Made by a program: the position numbers and the translations under genes. A stretch of 64,000 nt of DNA from a bacterium (GTDB lineage Bacteria > UBP7 > UBA6624 > JBBIMK01), in the NCBI GenBank assembly GCA_037444445.1, contig JBBIMK010000009.1, forward strand, positions 6 to 64,005, given 5' to 3'. Below, piece by piece: positions 9,140 to 17,802 of this stretch (the first letter of the stretch is position 1; each line of letters begins with the position of its first letter). The notes under the pieces were generated by a model. That model searched no databases, was not told where the DNA came from, and saw nothing but the letters and a program-made list of their open reading frames with translations.

Positions 9140-10497
9140 TGAATGATGAATCCCCCGATAAAAATCGTGGAAATCCCGCCACAGGGCGCGATACGATGAG
9201 GAAAACCTTTTATATTTTTACCCTCGGGTGCAAAGTGAATCAGGCAGAAAGTGAGGGCATGCGGGCTATGCTCCAGCAGAATGGATACAGACCTGTGGAG
9301 AAGGCAGAAGACGCCGAGACGGTGATTGTTCACACCTGTGCGGTGACGCTGGAGAGCGAGAAGAAATCCAAAAAGTATATTCGCCATTTTCGTCGTTTTC
9401 CCCACCATCCGCAAGTGATAGCCACGGGATGCTACGCCACATTGAAGCCATCCGAGGCGGCGGGAGTCGGCGCCTCGGCAGTGATTCCCAACTCCCGACG
9501 CTCTCATTTCCTAAAATTCATCGCCCCACAAAGGCCTGCACCACCCCCGGCTGTAAACGAAGGCTATCCGTCTCCCCGAACCGGCTTTTTTGATGACCTG
9601 CCCCAGCCGCCTCCTGCTCAACGGACCCGCGCCTTTGTGAAGATTCAGGATGGTTGTTCTCACGGCTGTTCGTATTGCATCATTCCTGCCCTCCGAGGGC
9701 GGGAGCGCAGTCTACCCCCTGAACGGGTCTTGAAAATCCTGGATGAAATGGAAGAGCAGGAAATTCCGGAAGTCGTCCTCACAGGCATTCATCTGGCGGT
9801 TTATGGCAGGGATTTGACCCCGAAATTTTCTCTGGCGAAATTGCTTCAAGCCATTACCCGTCGCTCTTATTCTTTCCGCGTTCGCCTCTCTTCTCTGGAG
9901 CCCCAGGATGTTCGGGATGACCTGATACAGGCCGTAAGCGATGGCGCTCCAAACATCTGCCCCCACTTTCACCTGCCTCTCCAATCCGGAAGTGATAAAA
10001 TTTTGAAACTGATGAGGCGAGGTTACACTTTTACGCAGTTCACCAGGCTGGTGGAACATCTCCGTCGGGCGATTCCAGATGTGGGCATCAGCACAGACCT
10101 CATCGTGGGGTTTCCCGGAGAGGAGGAGGAAGATTTTTCTGCCACCCTCTCTGCTATGAAACTCCTTCAATTTGTTCGGGTTCATATCTTTCCGTTCTCT
10201 GTTCGTCCGGGCACGCCAGCCTCTCTCCTGCCGCAAATCCCTGAAAAAACGAAGTGGGAACGCCAGCAGGAACTCCTGCGATTAGACCGGTGGCTCCGTA
10301 GAAAACTTTCTTGTCAGCAAATCGGAGTCTCGTATGAAGTCATCCCGGAACAGCCATCTGACGAGTTTCCCGGCTTCTTCCAGGGATATACGCAAAATTA
10401 TCTTCCCGCCCTCATCTCGGGAGTATCCCCTGGGACCCGGGTGCGCGGGAAAGTGGTTGACATTCGGGATATTTTCCTTCTGGTGAATCCCGTTTAG
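9136..10497 (+). CDS. mtaB: Radical-SAM methylthiotransferase, MtaB/MiaB family (tRNA t6A/i6A methylthiolation)
   Basis: MTTase N-domain (FYIFTLGCKVNQAESE), radical SAM CxxxCxxC (CSHGCSYC) and a C-terminal TRAM-like domain. It sits next to rsmE, as B. subtilis yqeU-yqeV do. The start may instead be the ATG at 9196 (MRKTFYIF). Confidence 0.8.
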   Translation: MMNDESPDKNRGNPATGRDTMRKTFYIFTLGCKVNQAESEGMRAMLQQNGYRPVEKAEDAETVIVHTCAVTLESEKKSKKYIRHFRRFPHHPQVIATGCYATLKPSEAAGVGASAVIPNSRRSHFLKFIAPQRPAPPPAVNEGYPSPRTGFFDDLPQPPPAQRTRAFVKIQDGCSHGCSYCIIPALRGRERSLPPERVLKILDEMEEQEIPEVVLTGIHLAVYGRDLTPKFSLAKLLQAITRRSYSFRVRLSSLEPQDVRDDLIQAVSDGAPNICPHFHLPLQSGSDKILKLMRRGYTFTQFTRLVEHLRRAIPDVGISTDLIVGFPGEEEEDFSATLSAMKLLQFVRVHIFPFSVRPGTPASLLPQIPEKTKWERQQELLRLDRWLRRKLSCQQIGVSYEVIPEQPSDEFPGFFQGYTQNYLPALISGVSPGTRVRGKVVDIRDIFLLVNPV

Positions 10498-10511
10498 AAA
10501 AGGAGGATGGG

Positions 10512-10862
10512 ATGAAAAAAGAAGATTGTATCTTTTGCCGAATCGTGACCGGTGAAATTCCCGCTGACATCGTGTTTCGCACCGAGAGAGCCCTTGCTTT
10601 CCGTGACATCAATCCTCAGGCCCCTCTCCATTTCGTCGTCATCCCGAAAGACCATGTGGAAACAGTGAGCCAGTTGAGCAATGAGTTTATGCTTGCCCTG
10701 GGAGACATCTTTCGTCTAACAGGAATCCTGGCGGGTTCTTTCGGTGTAGACCAGAAGGGGTTTCGCATCGTGTTCAATGAAGGCCCTGACGCAGGGCGGA
10801 CCGTCCCTCACGCTCACTTTCACTTTTTAGCGGGCAGACCCCTTCACTGGCCCCCCGGATAA
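10512..10862 (+). CDS. HIT-family (histidine triad) nucleotide hydrolase
   Basis: 116 aa with the HxHxHxx motif (HAHFHFLAG) and N-terminal CIFCRIV zinc-ribbon-like motif typical of the Hint branch. Confidence 0.85.
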   Translation: MKKEDCIFCRIVTGEIPADIVFRTERALAFRDINPQAPLHFVVIPKDHVETVSQLSNEFMLALGDIFRLTGILAGSFGVDQKGFRIVFNEGPDAGRTVPHAHFHFLAGRPLHWPPG

Positions 10863-10942
10863 AACAGGGAAATGGAGTGTAAGGAATGGAAATTCGTAGC
10901 AGAGTGCTCGTATTTCATGCGAAGAGGTGAGAACACCAAATT

Positions 10943-11890
10943 ATGCCCTACTCGGAGATGAAAATTCGGTTCAAGGACAATGAGGAAGCGGTGGAACTTC
11001 TGGGCGCTGGCGATGAAAACATCCGCTGGTGGGAGGAAGTCTTTGATGTTCGCTTCCGCCTGAAAGGAGATGAACTGATGATTTCCGGAGAGAAAACGGA
11101 TGTTCAAAAAGTGGGCGAAGCCCTCAAGCGCGCCCTGAAAGATGTTCAGACCGTCCCTTACGAGAACCGGCGGGCTTATTTACTTCGTGCCTTCCAGTCC
11201 CCGCCAGAGGGCAAAGTCCTCAGTATCACAGCCAGCGGAAAGCCCATCAAACCCTTGAGCGAGGGGCAAAGAATCTATGTGGAGCAAATCCTCACCAGCG
11301 ATATTACCCTCTGCATCGGACCGGCGGGCACCGGCAAAACCTTCCTCGCTGTAGCCTGCGGCGTGAACTTCCTGAAGGAAGGAAGGGTGGAACGAATCAT
11401 CCTTACCCGCCCTGCTGTGGAAGCAGGAGAATCCCTCGGCTTCCTCCCCGGAGATATGATTCAAAAAATCAATCCCTACCTCCGCCCGCTGTATGATGCC
11501 CTCTTTGTTGTCCTCGGCTTAGAGAAAACCCGTCGGCTGATTGAGAAAGAAGTGATAGAAATCGCTCCACTGGCGTTCATGCGTGGCCGCACCCTCCGCA
11601 ATGCTTTCATCATCTTAGATGAAGCCCAGAATGTGCGAAAAATCCAGATGAAAATGTTCCTCACCCGACTGGGAGAAGATTCCCGCGCCGTCGTCACGGG
11701 CGACATCACCCAGATTGACCTTCCCACTTCCGAAGATTCCGGCTTGATTCAGGTCATAGAAATTCTGAAAGGTATTCAGGGCATTTCCATCGTCCGCTTA
11801 ACTCATAAAGATGTCATTCGGCATCCTATCGTTACACGCATCATTCAGGCTTATGAGGAGACTTCAAAAAGTGTCCGACCCTCCCAGTAA
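10943..11890 (+). CDS. phoH: PhoH-like ATPase
   Basis: Walker A GPAGTGKTFLAVA and the PhoH/YbeZ family C-terminal region. Its position upstream of the 7TM-HD gene and ybeY matches the conserved phoH-ybeY neighbourhood. Confidence 0.9.
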   Translation: MPYSEMKIRFKDNEEAVELLGAGDENIRWWEEVFDVRFRLKGDELMISGEKTDVQKVGEALKRALKDVQTVPYENRRAYLLRAFQSPPEGKVLSITASGKPIKPLSEGQRIYVEQILTSDITLCIGPAGTGKTFLAVACGVNFLKEGRVERIILTRPAVEAGESLGFLPGDMIQKINPYLRPLYDALFVVLGLEKTRRLIEKEVIEIAPLAFMRGRTLRNAFIILDEAQNVRKIQMKMFLTRLGEDSRAVVTGDITQIDLPTSEDSGLIQVIEILKGIQGISIVRLTHKDVIRHPIVTRIIQAYEETSKSVRPSQ

Positions 11891-13517
11891 GCGCCTCTTC
11901 AAAATCCTTCGCTTCCTTTTTTATCCGTTATTTCTCGTCCTGCTTTCACTTTTCCTGAATCTCTTTTTCCTTCGCTGGACCACCCTGCCTGTAAAGGAAG
12001 GGGCTATTGCACCCCGCACCATCACGGCGCCTCGGACTCTCACCTTGATGCTTCCAGAACCTTCTCCCGGAGGTGTTTCCGAAGGAGCGTCAGTTCGCAT
12101 TCTCACCCTCTCTCCCGGTGACCTCATCGTCCAGAAGGGAGAACTCGTTTCCTCCCCTCTTTACCATGCCCTCCGCGCCCAAAACCTCGTTCCCCCGGAT
12201 TTCTCCCCCCTCTCCCTCTTCTCTATTTTTCTCTATTTCGCTTTCCTCTTCGGGGTTCTCTTTTTCTTTTTCTCCTCTACCCTCAAAAAAGAGTGGAAGT
12301 TTTCTTTACACCGCTTGTTCCTATTTGCCCTGTATGCCTTCACCCTTACTTCCCTTTTCTTTCTCGCAGTGCTACGGGAGAAAACTGGCTGGGATTGGGT
12401 GCCACTCCCGGCAGGCATTGCCGTTCTTCTTTTACACCATACCCTGGGCATCGCTTCGGTTCCCTTTTTCCTTCTCTCCATCCCTCTTCTATTCCCGGGG
12501 ACCATTCTGGGATACGAAGTCGTCACTTTTCCCGTGCTTCTGGCTGGCCTTGCTTCCTCTGCCTCGCTGACCACTGTGAAACAACATCAAAAATCTATCT
12601 TTGCCGGCGTATTCTCTCTCACCCTCCTTTTGAGTCGGATTCTATCCGGCGAAACTCTTCATCCAGCCCCCCAGGAAGGCCTCACACTCGGGCTGATGTT
12701 TCTGGGAATCTACGGGATTGGGTCTGGATTGCTCCGCGTCCTGCCGGGTGCCTTTGGATTTACCAGCCGGGAGAGGCTGTTGGAACTCTTGAACCCGGAT
12801 TCCCCGTTGTTAAAAGAGTTGGCCGCCAGAGCCCCTGGAACTTATGCCCATTCCGAGCAGATGGCCTTGCTGGCAGAGCAGGCGGCGGTGGCCCTGGGTG
12901 CTGACCCGCTGGTCACCCGCATCGGTGCCCTCTACCATGACATCGGCAAAATGAAGCACCCGAAATTTTTCATTGAAAATCAATCCGCGGGAAAAAATCC
13001 CCATGATGATTTGCCCGCCACTATGAGCGCTCGCATCGTAATGTCGCATGTGAAAGAGGGGGAGGAACTTGCCCGTGCTCATCGCCTCCCCCCGGAAATC
13101 ATTTCTTTCATCCGCACCCACCATGGCACATCCCGAGTGAGTTTTTTCTACCAGAGGGCGGTAGAGGATGCGGGTGAATCTTTCCTTACCCCGCCTCCAC
13201 CGGCTGAATTCCGCTATCCCGGCCCCCTCCCCAGAACCCGGGAGGAAACCCTCATCATGCTCGTAGATTCTATGGAAGCCATCCTCCGCACTCAGCCTCA
13301 TTCTTCCACCGACTCCATCCGCCAGACCCTCTGGAATATCACCTATCAAAAGATGAGAGACCATCAACTGGATGAATCGGTCCTCTCTCTGTCCGAATTA
13401 TCACGAGCCATTGAAAAAATGCTGGAGTTCATCTCAGGAGGTGCTCACAAACGCGTTGAATACCCGCAACCGGAAGTATCTCATCCGGATCCGGGGGCCA
13501 CGAATTCCCGGATTTAA
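11853..13517 (+). CDS. Membrane-associated HD-superfamily phosphohydrolase (7TM receptor with intracellular HD domain)
   Basis: Multiple TM helices are followed by an HD domain (ALYHDIGKMKHP...IRTHHG). It is the YqfF-like gene usually found between phoH and ybeY. Start is uncertain: 11811, 11853 ATG or 11871 GTG, all overlapping the phoH 3' end. Confidence 0.8.
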   Translation: MRRLQKVSDPPSKRLFKILRFLFYPLFLVLLSLFLNLFFLRWTTLPVKEGAIAPRTITAPRTLTLMLPEPSPGGVSEGASVRILTLSPGDLIVQKGELVSSPLYHALRAQNLVPPDFSPLSLFSIFLYFAFLFGVLFFFFSSTLKKEWKFSLHRLFLFALYAFTLTSLFFLAVLREKTGWDWVPLPAGIAVLLLHHTLGIASVPFFLLSIPLLFPGTILGYEVVTFPVLLAGLASSASLTTVKQHQKSIFAGVFSLTLLLSRILSGETLHPAPQEGLTLGLMFLGIYGIGSGLLRVLPGAFGFTSRERLLELLNPDSPLLKELAARAPGTYAHSEQMALLAEQAAVALGADPLVTRIGALYHDIGKMKHPKFFIENQSAGKNPHDDLPATMSARIVMSHVKEGEELARAHRLPPEIISFIRTHHGTSRVSFFYQRAVEDAGESFLTPPPPAEFRYPGPLPRTREETLIMLVDSMEAILRTQPHSSTDSIRQTLWNITYQKMRDHQLDESVLSLSELSRAIEKMLEFISGGAHKRVEYPQPEVSHPDPGATNSRI

Positions 13518-13536
13518 ATCCCTCTTTCATCGGGCT

Positions 13537-13941
13537 ATGGAACTCCTCCACATCCCCGCACCCTCTGAAATTAGCCTCCTGTTCACAGATGACCGGGAAA
13601 TCCGAATATATAATCAGCGCTATCTTCATCGTTCTTACTCTACCGATGTTCTTTCTTTCCCACTCTGGGAAAAGGCTGGTGAATGGATGTGCATCGGAGA
13701 TATTGCGATTTCTCTGGAGTCAGCAAGAAGAGATGCGAAATTACTCCGCTCTCCCTTCCGGGTTCACCTTCTAACACTGGCGATTCACGGGCTATTGCAC
13801 CTCTTAGGCTATGAGGATTCCACTCCATCTCTGCGTCAGAAAATGCTTCGCCAGCAGACCCGTTTGGTGAACCGGATTCTGCGTGAACTGGAAGCCGGCA
13901 GGAATGCAAGGGCGAAAAGCCAGATGGAAGAGGATGTATAG
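13537..13941 (+). CDS. ybeY: rRNA maturation endoribonuclease YbeY
   Basis: Zinc-binding HGLLHLLGYEDS (H-x-x-x-H-x-x-G-Y-D) motif. The internal ATG at 13537 was chosen because the table start (13372) overlaps the previous gene. Confidence 0.88.
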   Translation: MELLHIPAPSEISLLFTDDREIRIYNQRYLHRSYSTDVLSFPLWEKAGEWMCIGDIAISLESARRDAKLLRSPFRVHLLTLAIHGLLHLLGYEDSTPSLRQKMLRQQTRLVNRILRELEAGRNARAKSQMEEDV

Positions 13942-13998
13942 CACGATGCCCGCTCAATTCTTTCATTCTTCCACTCCTCCATTCTCTATCGTCCGGCT

Positions 13999-15297
13999 AT
14001 GAGCCTTCTGACTTCTCTCCTGTTCCTGCTCTTCACGGCCGGGACGGCAGCCATGGAAGCGGCGGTATTCTCCACAGACCGGGGGCTACTGCGAAGGCTG
14101 GAAACTCAGGGACATACTCGCGCCAGGCTCCTCCTCCACCTCCTTTCTTCTCCGGAACGCCTCGCCGCTTGTCTCCTCATCACCCTGAATGTTTGCGTCA
14201 TCTTCTTTACCTACACCGCCACCCTCTTTTTCATCCATCTTTCCAGGGTTTATCCTCACTGGAAGCAGGGGATTCTTGTCGGTGGTGCTTCCCTCACCAT
14301 CCTTCTCGCTCTTCTGTTGGGCGAAGTCATTCCAAAAGCGTGGGCTGTGCATCATACCCCCGCTTTCTCCCTTCGTGTGGCACCCTTACTGAACCTTCTC
14401 CAGCGGGTCCTGGCTCTGCCCGTCTCCTTCATTCTGTGGTTTCTACAAAAGCCCCGGCTGGCTATGGGCAAGGCGGCGGAAACGGCTGTCTTTGAATCCC
14501 GCCTGCGCACTCTCGTGGATTTGGCACAGCGCTCGGGAGCCCTGGAAGAGGAGGAGCGGAAGATGATTGAAGGTGTATTTGAATTTGGCGACCGAATCGT
14601 AAAAGATGTCATGATTCCCAGAATTGACACCGTAGCACTGGATGTGGATACCCTGCTGAAAGAGGCTATCCAGACCATCGTGACCACGGGCCATTCCCGC
14701 ATCCCCGTCTACCAGGAAAGCATTGACCGCATCCTCGGCATTCTGTATGCCAAGGACCTGCTGTCCAGGAATTTCTCCCCACACGAGGTGGCCACTCTCC
14801 CCATTTTTGGGCTTGTCAAGCCTGTTCTGTTCATCCCTGAAACCATGCCTGTCTCGGAGGCATTTGCGAAACTCCGACGGCAGAGAATTCACCTGACTGT
14901 GGTAGTAGATGAATACGGTGGCACAGCGGGAATCGTCACCATTGAAGACCTCCTCGAAGAGATTGTGGGGGAAATTCAGGATGAGTTCGACCGGGCGGAA
15001 GCCCCACCCATTGAATTCCTCACCCCGAATAAATCCCATGCCATCGCACTGGGCCGTCTCACCATTGATGAACTCAATCAAGAAATGAACCTGAACCTTC
15101 CCGTGGATAAAGACTACGACACCCTGGCAGGGTTCCTGTTCCACGAAATGGGACGCATCCCCAAAAAAGGGGAATCCTTTCACTATTCATTCGTGGAATT
15201 TCAGATTCTGGAAGTCAGGGGAAACCAGATTCAAAAGGTGAAAATCCTGCGCTCACCCGCTTCTAAAACCCCTGAACCTTCCTCTCACATCTTATGA
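13999..15297 (+). CDS. corC: CNNM/CorC-family transporter-associated protein (DUF21 TM domain + CBS pair + CorC_HlyC domain)
   Basis: N-terminal 4-TM DUF21 region, a tandem CBS pair (DVMIPRIDTVAL..., HLTVVVDEYGGTAGIVTIEDLLEEIVGEIQDE) and a C-terminal CorC/HlyC transporter-associated domain. It follows ybeY as in E. coli ybeZ-ybeY-ybeX. Confidence 0.8.
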   Translation: MSLLTSLLFLLFTAGTAAMEAAVFSTDRGLLRRLETQGHTRARLLLHLLSSPERLAACLLITLNVCVIFFTYTATLFFIHLSRVYPHWKQGILVGGASLTILLALLLGEVIPKAWAVHHTPAFSLRVAPLLNLLQRVLALPVSFILWFLQKPRLAMGKAAETAVFESRLRTLVDLAQRSGALEEEERKMIEGVFEFGDRIVKDVMIPRIDTVALDVDTLLKEAIQTIVTTGHSRIPVYQESIDRILGILYAKDLLSRNFSPHEVATLPIFGLVKPVLFIPETMPVSEAFAKLRRQRIHLTVVVDEYGGTAGIVTIEDLLEEIVGEIQDEFDRAEAPPIEFLTPNKSHAIALGRLTIDELNQEMNLNLPVDKDYDTLAGFLFHEMGRIPKKGESFHYSFVEFQILEVRGNQIQKVKILRSPASKTPEPSSHIL

Positions 15298-16277
15298 CCA
15301 TCGGGCTCTGGATTCTTCCTCTTTCCATTCTTTTCGCTTGCCTCCTGTTTTCCTTCCTGTTTAACCTCGCTGAAATGTCCTTTTTGAATATAGACCGGGT
15401 AAGACTGCGGAAAGAAGTGATGGACCGCATCCCTTCCGCCCTGGCAATCCATCGTTTAACCTCCAACCCCCTATCCCTTTTCGGCACCTTACTGCTGGGA
15501 ATTACCGCCTTCCTTCAAATCAGCAGTATCCTCTTCACCTATCTTTTTTATCCTCTCGTTTCTCACATACCCTACCTGATGGATATTCTGGTTCTACTGT
15601 ACACCCTCATTGTTATCCTGTTCATTGAGGCTTTTCCACAGATTCTGGCGTTGCGGGAGCCCTATCACTTTGCCCGGCGCACACTGCCTTTTGTTCGCCT
15701 TTTTCAGGTTCTTGCTTATCCTGTGGTCTGGCTCCTCACGCTGATACCGCGAACCCTGATGGGAGACACATCCGCCCGAAGTTTTCTGACCATTCCACCC
15801 CCTTCCCGAAAGAGGCTGTTTGAATCCCTTTTAGAGGGTCCGCCTTCGGAAGAAGCCACGGTCATCTACCGTGTTTTACGGGCGGCTGAAACCCCCGCCA
15901 CCGCTGTGATGACCCCCCGGAAGAGCATCGTGTTTGTAAAATCCAGCGACCCTTTGGAAATAGTTTTCAAAACCTTTCAGGACACCCAATTCTCCCGCCT
16001 CCCCGTCTGCACCAAATCCCTGGACGATGCCACCCGATTCCTCCATGTGAAAGACCTCCTCCAGAAGCTGGAAACCCCTACCGAGGACTGGCTGTCCCTC
16101 ACCCGCACCCTCCCCTCCTTCCCCGAATCCACCTCCCTCTACGACCTGTTGAAACGGATGCGTGGACAGGCTTACATCGTCCTCCTTCGTAACCCCAAAA
16201 ACCAGGTCTCAGGCCTCCTCACTATGGAAGACATCCTGGAATACCTGAAAGGCGAAATAGAAGACGAATACGACTGA
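15294..16277 (+). CDS. CNNM-family paralog (DUF21 + CBS pair, lacking the CorC_HlyC domain)
   Basis: Overlaps the upstream stop (ATGA). Hydrophobic N-terminal half, then a CBS pair ending LTMEDILEYLKGEIEDEYD. No C-terminal transporter-associated domain. Confidence 0.7.
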   Translation: MTIGLWILPLSILFACLLFSFLFNLAEMSFLNIDRVRLRKEVMDRIPSALAIHRLTSNPLSLFGTLLLGITAFLQISSILFTYLFYPLVSHIPYLMDILVLLYTLIVILFIEAFPQILALREPYHFARRTLPFVRLFQVLAYPVVWLLTLIPRTLMGDTSARSFLTIPPPSRKRLFESLLEGPPSEEATVIYRVLRAAETPATAVMTPRKSIVFVKSSDPLEIVFKTFQDTQFSRLPVCTKSLDDATRFLHVKDLLQKLETPTEDWLSLTRTLPSFPESTSLYDLLKRMRGQAYIVLLRNPKNQVSGLLTMEDILEYLKGEIEDEYD

Positions 16278-16332
16278 ATTTTTCTCCGATATGGCGGAGT
16301 CTTCTGTTTATTTGTGGTAATCTATAAATGAA

Positions 16333-17073
16333 ATGATGAATGGCGAGGAACCGATTCGGCAGAGAACGCCTCTGCCAGGGAATCGCACCGAGGCAGCCTC
16401 GCGGATGGACTTCACCTTCCTCCGCCACGATGCACCTCCGGAAGCATTCCATCGGTTTCTTCAATATACTCTTTTCTATCCCTTCGCCTGCATTATCGTT
16501 CCCCCGGCTTTATTCAACACTGCACGCACTTTTTATCAACAGCAGGGAGTTTCTAAACCCCTCGGCAGTGTGGTGGGTTTCCCTTTAGGATTTACGCCCA
16601 CTGAAATCAAGAAGGAGGAAGCCCGCTTCCTTCTCCAGAACGGTGCTGTGGAAATAGATATGGTGGGGAATCTTTACTGGCTGAAATCCGACCTTTCCCG
16701 ATGGCAAAAAGAGGTGCAGGAAGTTTCTTCTCTGGTTCACTCTTATCACGGCGTGTTCAAAATCATTCTGGAAACTTCTCTGCTGACTTCGGAAGAAATT
16801 ACTTCTGCCAGCCGGGCATCCATTCCTGCGGGTGTGGATTTTGTGAAAACCTCAACGGGTTATTTTGGCGGCGCTACTGTAAAGACGGTAGCCCTGATCC
16901 GGCAAGCCGTGGACAGGCGGGTAAAAATCAAAGCCTCGGGCGGAATCCGCACCCGTGAGAATTTTCTCCAGATGTTAGAGGCGGGCGCCGACCGCATCGG
17001 CACCTCCCACGCTATCCCCATCTTGCAGGAATTTGAAGATTTTGAAAAACAAGATTTGAAACAGGTGGAATGA
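16333..17073 (+). CDS. deoC: Deoxyribose-phosphate aldolase
   Basis: DeoC class I aldolase motifs (VVGFPLG, Schiff-base Lys region VDFVKTSTGY, IKASGGIRT). The start could be the internal ATG at 16405. Confidence 0.8.
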   Translation: MMNGEEPIRQRTPLPGNRTEAASRMDFTFLRHDAPPEAFHRFLQYTLFYPFACIIVPPALFNTARTFYQQQGVSKPLGSVVGFPLGFTPTEIKKEEARFLLQNGAVEIDMVGNLYWLKSDLSRWQKEVQEVSSLVHSYHGVFKIILETSLLTSEEITSASRASIPAGVDFVKTSTGYFGGATVKTVALIRQAVDRRVKIKASGGIRTRENFLQMLEAGADRIGTSHAIPILQEFEDFEKQDLKQVE

Positions 17074-17645
17074 GGCATCACACCATTAAAGCACTCGTGA
17101 TAAAACGGCGCATTCTACCCGACGGAAGCAAATTTCTCACCCTTTTTTCGGAAGAAATGGGGAAGGTGGAAGCCGTTGCCCGGGCGGGGGCCAGGCCCTC
17201 CCGCTGGTCGGGCAGATTTGAACCTCTCCTCCTTCTTTCCCTTTCCCTCTTCGGCTCCCGCTCTCCCTACCGTATCACGACCGCTGAGGTGCTGGAAGAT
17301 TTTCCAGCCCTCACTTCCTCTCCTCAAACCCTCCAGAAAGTGGCTCCATTCATCTTTCTTCTTACCCGTGCCTTCCCCATTCAAGACCCCTATCCTGACA
17401 TCTTCTCACTCGTGCTGGAAATCCTCCACATATTGCCCGATTGTTCTCGCTCCGATTCCATCTACCTTTACTTCAACTATCGCTGCCTCCTTTCTCTTGG
17501 AGGCATTCCCCCAGAGCCTGCCCTTGCCCCGATAACCCTTCAAGAAATCTGTGAAAACCAGGTTCCCCTCCTGCAGGATGCAGGTTTTCATTCTCGTCTC
17601 CGCTCCGCCTGGCTCATTTCCTTAAACCTGAATCTCGCCCCCTGA
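17070..17645 (+). CDS. recO: DNA repair protein RecO-like (short form, no C-terminal zinc finger)
   Basis: N-terminal OB-fold pattern typical of RecO (KALVIKRRILPDGSKFLTLFSEEMGKVEAVARAGARPSRWSGRFEPL). Only 191 aa with no CxxC pairs, so the assignment is tentative. Confidence 0.5.
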   Translation: MRHHTIKALVIKRRILPDGSKFLTLFSEEMGKVEAVARAGARPSRWSGRFEPLLLLSLSLFGSRSPYRITTAEVLEDFPALTSSPQTLQKVAPFIFLLTRAFPIQDPYPDIFSLVLEILHILPDCSRSDSIYLYFNYRCLLSLGGIPPEPALAPITLQEICENQVPLLQDAGFHSRLRSAWLISLNLNLAP

Positions 17646-17669
17646 GTTTATCCAGAAAGTCCACGAACA

Positions 17670-17695
17670 AAAAGCACTCATTCAGTGCGTTTTCC
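17670..17695 (+). terminator. Putative intrinsic terminator after recO-like gene
   Basis: aaaaGCACTcattcAGTGCgtttt: 5-bp GC-containing stem, 5-nt loop, flanked by an A-tract and a T-tract. Confidence 0.35.
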
Positions 17696-17738
17696 TTCGG
17701 TTTTACCGAAGGATTGAAAGATGTAGCCACTTATGCAC

Positions 17739-17766
17739 TTGACAGAATTGGCTAATATGATAGAAT
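17739..17766 (+). promoter_or_regulatory. Sigma70-like promoter for the SLH-domain porin gene
   Basis: TTGACA (17739-17744), then a 16-nt spacer, then TAGAAT (17761-17766). It lies about 35 nt upstream of the GGAGGTG RBS and GTG start. Confidence 0.5.
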
Positions 17767-17802
17767 AATCCATTGCAAGATGACAGCGGAGGTGGTTTTA
17801 TC

